A stretch of 64,000 nt of DNA from Rhodospirillales bacterium (GTDB lineage: Bacteria; Pseudomonadota; Alphaproteobacteria; Kiloniellales; JACOMY01). A program made the translations under genes and the position numbers. Every line of letters starts with the position of its first letter. The stretch's first letter is position 1. The DNA is taken from assembly GCA_963669335.1 (NCBI GenBank), contig OY770023.1, positions 3,298,873 through 3,362,872 of the forward strand, read 5' to 3'. Under the pieces are notes generated by a model. That model ran no database searches, was not told where the DNA came from, and saw nothing but the letters and a program-made list of their open reading frames with translations. Of this stretch, positions 58,697 to 64,000 are shown one piece after another.

Positions 58697-58817
58697 TCAG
58701 CCGCCTTCAGCGAAGTTGGCTGAACGCACGCGCTTGCCCGCCAGGAGATTGTAAGCCTCTTTGTCTCACGCTATACTTGTCAGCCAAAATCGACCTAAGC
58801 GATTGGGGGGCAAGACC

Positions 58818-59744
58818 GTGAGCGGAACTCTGACGTCAGTTGAAGATCTCAACAAGGCGATCTCGCTCGCCTATGCCTCGGCGCTCGACACAGCGCGTTG
58901 GTTTGACTTCCTGGAACAGCTCTCGGCCATGTCCGGCGGCGTGAAGACCCATCTCGTCGGCTATGACTTCAGAGGCAACATCAACGTCGGCGCTGCCTAT
59001 GCGAATTACGATCCCGACTACATCCAGTCCTTCAAGGATTACTACTGCACAATCAACCCCTGGATAGCGCGTTACGAGAACACCAATGCCTTCTATCCAG
59101 CCTCGGCCGAGTCCTACTTGCCCAGAGAAAAACTTGAGCGGACAGAGTTCTACAATGATTGGGTCAGGCCGCAGGAGGACGCGGGCGCCGGCGGCGGAGC
59201 TCTGCTTTTCCGAGACGAGGGGCGGCTCTTTCTCCTGGGCGGACAGCTCCCCTTCAAGGATCAAGATGCCCTGCTCGGCAACTACCTCTCTCACCTGCAT
59301 CGGCTGGCGCCCCATGTGCGCAATGCGCTTGAGATCGCACGCTCGATACACATCGCCAAACTCGAAGCACTCCTGGCCGAACAAGCGATTGAGGCAGCAA
59401 CGACGGCTCTACTCTTGCTCAGCGCTTCGGGACGGGTCTTGGTCCCCAATCCTGCAGCCCGCGATCTCTTGAGCGACGGGCAAATTCTGCGTCAGGACCT
59501 TTCCGGCCGCTTTCACTTCACCGACCCTCAGGCGGATGCGGTCTTCAAGGCGATCTGGGATGAACATCGCAGCGGTGAGCGCTCTCTGCCGCCCGCCTTC
59601 GCTGTTCCCGGCGAAGATGGCAGGCCTCTCTATCAGTGCCGCGTTGCTGCTTTTCTGGACGACAGCCTGGCGTTCAATCCCCTCCCAGACGCCTGGGGGA
59701 CAGAAGAAGAGGCCCTCCTCCTCACCATGACCAAGGCAAATTAA
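58818..59744 (+). CDS. Hypothetical protein resembling the N-terminal sensor part of alphaproteobacterial LuxR/GerE-type regulators, with no HTH domain
   Basis: EDLNKAISLAYASALDTARWFDFLEQLSAMSGG resembles the conserved N-terminal opening of that regulator family as I recall it. The ORF stops before any GerE-type HTH. GTG 58818 (after GGGGGG) or TTG 58761 are possible starts. Confidence 0.45.
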   Translation: MSGTLTSVEDLNKAISLAYASALDTARWFDFLEQLSAMSGGVKTHLVGYDFRGNINVGAAYANYDPDYIQSFKDYYCTINPWIARYENTNAFYPASAESYLPREKLERTEFYNDWVRPQEDAGAGGGALLFRDEGRLFLLGGQLPFKDQDALLGNYLSHLHRLAPHVRNALEIARSIHIAKLEALLAEQAIEAATTALLLLSASGRVLVPNPAARDLLSDGQILRQDLSGRFHFTDPQADAVFKAIWDEHRSGERSLPPAFAVPGEDGRPLYQCRVAAFLDDSLAFNPLPDAWGTEEEALLLTMTKAN

Positions 59745-59872
59745 GTCTAGATTATTGATGAGTCCAGGTACGCCGGCGGACTACCAATAGACAGCGCTCG
59801 GCTGAGTTCATTGCGCCCCCGACCCTTTGCCCTATACTTCGGTTCATCGAAACCAAGGCCGAGGATCTATGG

Positions 59873-62416
59873 ATGGCAGTCATTTTCGGAACCGCCGGGG
59901 TGAACAACAGTCTCACCGGTACGAATGCAGTTGACACCATCTTTGGGCTCTCCGGCGGTGACACTCTCTACGGTCTGTCTGGCAACGACAGCCTCTATGG
60001 AGGTAGCGGGAACGACGAGCTGTACGGCCTGGCTGGCAGTGACAGCCTCTTCGGTGGCGATGGGAACGATCTATTCCTGGCCGGCGGCGAAGGCCATGAC
60101 CGCCTCTTCGGCGGCAGCGGCGGCGATAGCCTGCTCTTTGGAAACCTTGGGAACGACCGCGTCTTCGGCGGCGACAGCGGTGACGTGCTCCTCTTCGGTA
60201 GCAGCGGAAGCGACAGGCTCTATGGCGATGAGGGAGATGACTGGAGCCTGTCCGGAGGGAGTGGCGACGACAGCATTTCTGGAGGTACCGGCAGCGACAG
60301 AGGACTCTTTGGTGGTGCGGGCTTGGACACCATCTCCGGCGGCAGTGGCAATGATTCATTGATCGTTGGCGGCAGCGCAAACGATACGCTTGCCGGAAGC
60401 GATGGCGACGACGCCTCTATCTACGGTTGGCAGGGCAGAGACCGCATCTTTGGTGGCGGCGGCAGAGACCGAGCCCTGTTCGGAGGGTCAGGCGACGATG
60501 AGATTTACGCGCGCGCCGACGACGACAGCGATCTCTTCGGAGGCAGTGGAGACGACAAGCTCTACGGTGGCGATGGGAGGGACTCTTTCCTGGATGGCGC
60601 AGAAGGCGACGACAGTATCTTCGGCGGGTCTGGCACTGAATCCTACCTCTTTGGTGGAAATGGCGATGATGTGATCGCCGGTGACTCAGGCGATGATTTT
60701 GCCCCCCTGGGAGGGAACGGTGACGACACCCTTTTTGGTGGTTCCGGGAATGATCGAGGCTTCTATGGTGGAGATGGCAATGATGTGATTGCCGGCGCTT
60801 CGGGTAACGAAACCTACATCACAGGAGACAGCGGTGACGACCGCGTTTTCGGCGGTGCCGGGGATGATTCGTTTGTGCGTGGAGGCAGCGGAGATGACAG
60901 TCTCTTCGGCCGAGCAGGCGACGACCACCAGCTCTACGGCCGCGGGGAGAATGACTGGATCTACGGTGGAGATGACAACGACACCAGGTTGGGGGGCGAA
61001 TCCGGAGTGGACCGGATCTATGGCGGCAGCGGTGACGATAGGAGCCTCTTTGGCGGTGACGGAGGCGACACCATCTTCGGCGGCGCGGGCGAAGACTTTT
61101 TCCTTTACGGAGGAGACGGAAGCGACAGCATCTTCGGTGGAGACGGCTATGACTATCAAATCCGTGGAGGATCCGGGGCTGATCGACTCTGGGGTGGTAG
61201 CAGGACTGATGCTCTTTATGGAGATACAGGTAGCGATGAGTTGCGTGGTGACTCCGCCAATGATGCGCTCTACGGGGGTAGTGGCCAAGACAGTCTGGTC
61301 GGCGGCCACGGAAGGGACCGTCTGCGTGGCCAAAGTGGCAATGATCAGATGGTGGGTGGCAGCGGCAGCGATGACCTTTCCGGCGGAGACGGACGCGATC
61401 GCCTGAATGGCGGCTCGGGCGCAGATTTTGCATATGGAGGTGCCGGCAACGACACCTTCATCATCGACAGCTCAATGGATGAGATCTTCGATGTCAGTGG
61501 TAGCAACGTGTTGCGCTCCAATGCCCATGACTTTGCGCTGGGTACCTCGAGCGAGATCGTGGTGGAGCGGGTGATCGTCAACACCGCTGCTGGCGACGCC
61601 CGCGTGGTGGCCAACGCCAATGACGACATTCTGACCGGCAACAGCTTCGATAACTCTCTGCTAGGGCGCAGTGGTGAAGATCGCCTGAACGGCATCGGTG
61701 GCACCAACACCATGACGGGCGGCAGCGGCGACGATACCTTCGTGGTCACCACCTCAGCCGACGTGGTGCGTGATCTGGCGGGCCAAGGCGTCGATCTGGT
61801 GAGGGCGATCGTGGATTACACCCTGCCGACCGGCTCGGCCTCCGCCTATGTCGAGAACCTGCGCATACAGGCCAACACTGGTGACCTTGAGGCCGCCGGC
61901 AACGAGCTGGGCAACACCCTGGACGGCAACTCCGGTGCCAACCGCCTGCGCGGGCTCGCAGGCGACGACGAGTTGGTCGGAGGGAACGGCGACGATACTC
62001 TCTTCGGCGGCGGCGGTGCCGATCGCTTCGAGGGCGAGAGTGGGAACGACACCATGAGCGTGGGTCAGGGCGACGTCGCCATCGGCGGCTCGGGCATGGA
62101 TCAGTTCCGCTTTGGCGCTGCGCAGTTGGGCAGCAACGGCTCCGGCGGCCCGATTATTCGCGATTTCGACGGAGTCCTGGTGAACGGCGCCAACGGCGAA
62201 GACAAGCTGGTCTTCACCACGGGGCTGGAGGTCGGGACCTTCGCCTACATCGGCAGTGCCACCTTCTCCGGCAGCGGCAATTCAGAGGCGCGCTATGCCG
62301 GGACACGGCAGGTGCAGGTCGATCAGGATGGCGACGGCTCTGTCGATCAAGCCTTCCTGGTGGACCGCGTCACCAACGCCGGCCTGCTGACCGCGACCGA
62401 CTTCCTGTGGCTCTAG
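59873..62416 (+). CDS. Large RTX-type (hemolysin-type calcium-binding repeat) secreted protein
   Basis: 847 aa. More than 55 GGxGxD-type repeats run from residue 16 onward, and further canonical nonapeptide blocks occur near residues 590-620 and 680-735. Acidic, Cys-free, C-terminus ...LLTATDFLWL. GAGGA lies 7 nt before the ATG. Confidence 0.88.
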   Translation: MAVIFGTAGVNNSLTGTNAVDTIFGLSGGDTLYGLSGNDSLYGGSGNDELYGLAGSDSLFGGDGNDLFLAGGEGHDRLFGGSGGDSLLFGNLGNDRVFGGDSGDVLLFGSSGSDRLYGDEGDDWSLSGGSGDDSISGGTGSDRGLFGGAGLDTISGGSGNDSLIVGGSANDTLAGSDGDDASIYGWQGRDRIFGGGGRDRALFGGSGDDEIYARADDDSDLFGGSGDDKLYGGDGRDSFLDGAEGDDSIFGGSGTESYLFGGNGDDVIAGDSGDDFAPLGGNGDDTLFGGSGNDRGFYGGDGNDVIAGASGNETYITGDSGDDRVFGGAGDDSFVRGGSGDDSLFGRAGDDHQLYGRGENDWIYGGDDNDTRLGGESGVDRIYGGSGDDRSLFGGDGGDTIFGGAGEDFFLYGGDGSDSIFGGDGYDYQIRGGSGADRLWGGSRTDALYGDTGSDELRGDSANDALYGGSGQDSLVGGHGRDRLRGQSGNDQMVGGSGSDDLSGGDGRDRLNGGSGADFAYGGAGNDTFIIDSSMDEIFDVSGSNVLRSNAHDFALGTSSEIVVERVIVNTAAGDARVVANANDDILTGNSFDNSLLGRSGEDRLNGIGGTNTMTGGSGDDTFVVTTSADVVRDLAGQGVDLVRAIVDYTLPTGSASAYVENLRIQANTGDLEAAGNELGNTLDGNSGANRLRGLAGDDELVGGNGDDTLFGGGGADRFEGESGNDTMSVGQGDVAIGGSGMDQFRFGAAQLGSNGSGGPIIRDFDGVLVNGANGEDKLVFTTGLEVGTFAYIGSATFSGSGNSEARYAGTRQVQVDQDGDGSVDQAFLVDRVTNAGLLTATDFLWL
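60026..61165 (+). repeat. Twenty tandem 19-codon units (alternating 9- and 10-residue Gly/Asp repeats) inside the RTX gene
   Basis: Manual parsing gives GLAGSDSLF / GGDGNDLFLA / GGEGHDRLF / GGSGGDSLLF ... GGDGSDSIF / GGDGYDYQIR. The 9/10 alternation is strict over 40 consecutive repeats, flanked by runs of plain 9-mers. Confidence 0.8.
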
Positions 62417-62573
62417 CAGACGCACGAACTTGCCGCGCAGGTTCAGGGCGTTAAGCCAGCGGCATCGATAGCAAGAGTTCCTCTGTCAGGAAGCGTATTG
62501 TCACTCAACATCGCCAAAGCCCCTTTATTCATGCTATGGTAATGTCTATATGAATAGAATCAACCTATAGGGG

Positions 62574-63194
62574 ATGACAGGCATTATGTTGGCAACAGCC
62601 CGATCCTATGTGGCGCAGCATTGGCGTGGCGAGCTTAGCTTATTGCTCAGCTTCTGGCTGAACGGCGTGCTGCTCAACATCGCTCTCTATGCCGGCGCTG
62701 AGAAGGTCTGGGAGGCCCTTCTCCCCGACTTCGATCCCGCGCTGATCCTGGTAGCCTCTGTCAGCATGTGGGCGGTCTACGGTCTCGTTACTCTTTGGCA
62801 GGTCGTTGGCATTTGGCGCTCGGCGAACAGTCGCATTCGTGAGCTTGGTTCCTCTTCTTTGGCCGGGCTTGCGCAGGTCACCGCGGTGCTGGGCGTTCTG
62901 GCAGCCCTGGGGCAGTTCTCAATCGATGCTGCGCTGCGGAGTGTCGAAGCTTACCGAGCATTGACCATCGATGACACATTGTACCGATCAGCCCCCACAA
63001 CCTTTGAAAACCCAACAGGCCTTGCTCAGTCCGCTAACACCGGTATCTTTTCTATGCGCAGCGTGTCAGAAGGAGTTAACCACCGATCTAGTTCGCTCTT
63101 AGCAACGAACTTGGCTACAGTTCAGATGACGACGTTGTCACTTGTGTGCGAAACTCCGCTTAGCCGCTTGATGTTGTTCGTTCAGAGAGCATGA
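62574..63194 (+). CDS. Hypothetical membrane protein
   Basis: 206-aa ORF. The first approximately 125 aa contain three hydrophobic segments and a WRGELSLLLSFWLNG...GIWRSANS pattern. The C-terminal part is compositionally different and lower in GC. Confidence 0.5.
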   Translation: MTGIMLATARSYVAQHWRGELSLLLSFWLNGVLLNIALYAGAEKVWEALLPDFDPALILVASVSMWAVYGLVTLWQVVGIWRSANSRIRELGSSSLAGLAQVTAVLGVLAALGQFSIDAALRSVEAYRALTIDDTLYRSAPTTFENPTGLAQSANTGIFSMRSVSEGVNHRSSSLLATNLATVQMTTLSLVCETPLSRLMLFVQRA

Positions 63195-63272
63195 CGGTGT
63201 TCAAAGCCAGCCTAGCCCCTCGTGCGGGCAGACAACGGCCCGACGCTGGCGAAGTCGCCCATTCTCGGTGCT

Positions 63273-64000
63273 ATGTTACTGCGCTGGTTGCATTCCAACC
63301 AGGCTTTACGCGAATCGTTCGTCAGAGACTGGGTTTACTTGGGAAATCTCGGTTACGACGGGGTCAAATATAAAGGGAGCTGCGCATTGCGGCCGATTCT
63401 GAAGTTTAAACCTCCGGAGAATCGGAATTTCGGAGAGATGGCCCACATGTTGTTAGTCGAAGCATCGCGGGCGACTTTCATCCTTGCTCCGATCGTTATT
63501 TTAGTTTCGCTGATCTCTGGCTTTTTTGCACAAGATATCTTACGAAACCTATCGCTTGTAATCATTGTATTGATCGTCGGGTATGTCTCTTTTGTTATCA
63601 ATCATATATTGGCTTTTCACCGCCCGGCTACCGCAAAGTACTACCTTGAAGCCGTTCTGTCCGTCCGCACCAACTATAAGCCAGACGATGGAAAGAGCGA
63701 ATCAATCAACACGATGATCGGATTGTTTGCCACGTCCGGTTTAGTGTTCGCGACCACGGATTTTGTCCCGATGACTATTGTTTATGAGTACTTTAAATTC
63801 TCACTAGAAAACGGCGGAAGTATTTTTGACGGTGTGAAATACACACTCTCCGACAGAAGGATTCTAAAGAACATCGTCTCATTGATATTTTTGGCACTGG
63901 CGTTCAGATATCTAATTATATATTTCTTGGTGATCAGCAAACCACATCTTAGAGACGCAATAATAAAAAGAAACCTTGATAAAATGTACAGCCCACGAAG
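63273..64000 (+). CDS. Hypothetical membrane protein, 3' end outside window (not in the supplied ORF track)
   Basis: I translated the frame by hand. It is open from 63216 to the window end with no stop. In-frame ATGs lie at 63273 and 63438. Encodes hydrophobic stretches (FILAPIVILVSLISGFF, LSLVIIVLIVGYVSFVINHILAF, IVSLIFLALAFRYLIIYFLVI). Very AT-rich relative to the rest of the window. Confidence 0.5.
   Translation, partial: MLLRWLHSNQALRESFVRDWVYLGNLGYDGVKYKGSCALRPILKFKPPENRNFGEMAHMLLVEASRATFILAPIVILVSLISGFFAQDILRNLSLVIIVLIVGYVSFVINHILAFHRPATAKYYLEAVLSVRTNYKPDDGKSESINTMIGLFATSGLVFATTDFVPMTIVYEYFKFSLENGGSIFDGVKYTLSDRRILKNIVSLIFLALAFRYLIIYFLVISKPHLRDAIIKRNLDKMYSPR

Noticed and set aside
52734-62416. 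HlyD-family protein plus ABC protein as the type I secretion system for the neighbouring RTX protein.
   Set aside because: The ABC component has the RbbA/YhiH architecture: two NBDs fused to an ABC-2 permease, plus a separate YhhJ-type permease. That is not the TMD-NBD half-transporter of T1SS exporters. No TolC-like gene is present, and qor plus another gene separate the loci.
59873-62416. Periodic nucleotide repeats that might be mistaken for a CRISPR array or satellite, and the long alternative-frame ORFs over them (59913-60380(-), 60686-61333(-), 60789-61406(+), 60819-61433(-)).
   Set aside because: The periodicity is 27/30 nt, degenerate at the DNA level, and conserved at the protein level (GGxGxD) within one continuous 847-codon frame. 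There is no repeat-spacer structure. The other frames are by-products of the GGC/GAC-rich repeats.

Overview
This is a densely coding, high-GC chromosomal segment of alphaproteobacterial character. Hand counts of G+C give 40/60 at nt 1-60, about 31-32/60 in a lower-GC patch at 17-20 kb, and 21/60 at 63901-63960. I found no rRNA, tRNA, CRISPR array, transposase or integrase.

Layout:
- 1-11.3 kb: distal dcw division/cell-wall cluster (murD'-ftsW-murG-murC-murB-ddl-ftsQ-ftsA-ftsZ), followed by lpxC.
- 11.4-16.8 kb: MFS transporter, TPR protein, a TetR-controlled operon with two exporters (EamA + LysE) and a small protein, and dusA.
- 16.9-20.6 kb: lower-GC module with a homocysteine S-methyltransferase-family gene, a BBE-like FAD oxidase and a divergent GlxA/AraC regulator.
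- 20.6-26.1 kb: LysR regulator, DctPQM-type TRAP transporter, beta-hydroxyacid dehydrogenase and an HCCA-isomerase/DsbA-like gene.
- 26.1-31.0 kb: phnW-phnA-phnY (2-aminoethylphosphonate to phosphonoacetate to acetate + Pi) with a co-directional LysR gene and a large dyad upstream.
- 31.1-52.5 kb: the most interesting part. An AapJQM-type amino-acid ABC importer is separated from its AapP-type ATPase by about 14.8 kb. The intervening DNA carries metC-VOC-persulfide dioxygenase, a BisC-like molybdoenzyme (with a paralog just upstream of aapJ), IclR, a rhodanese, and a FAD-oxidoreductase-hyuA-hyuB-SDR-prpE operon. All three divergent promoter regions in this block share a conserved TTGTGCTGATATA-containing element, and two copies extend to a 42-bp imperfect inverted repeat. 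This suggests one co-regulated, uncharacterised uptake and catabolism system, probably for an organosulfur amino acid.
- 52.7-57.6 kb: yhiI-rbbA-yhhJ-type HlyD/ABC-2 system.
- 57.7-64 kb: qor, a LuxR-type sensor-like protein without an HTH, an 847-aa RTX protein whose core alternates 9- and 10-residue repeats, and an abrupt AT-rich tail with hypothetical membrane ORFs.

Many long ORFs in the supplied track are antisense or off-frame shadows typical of high-GC DNA and are not called.
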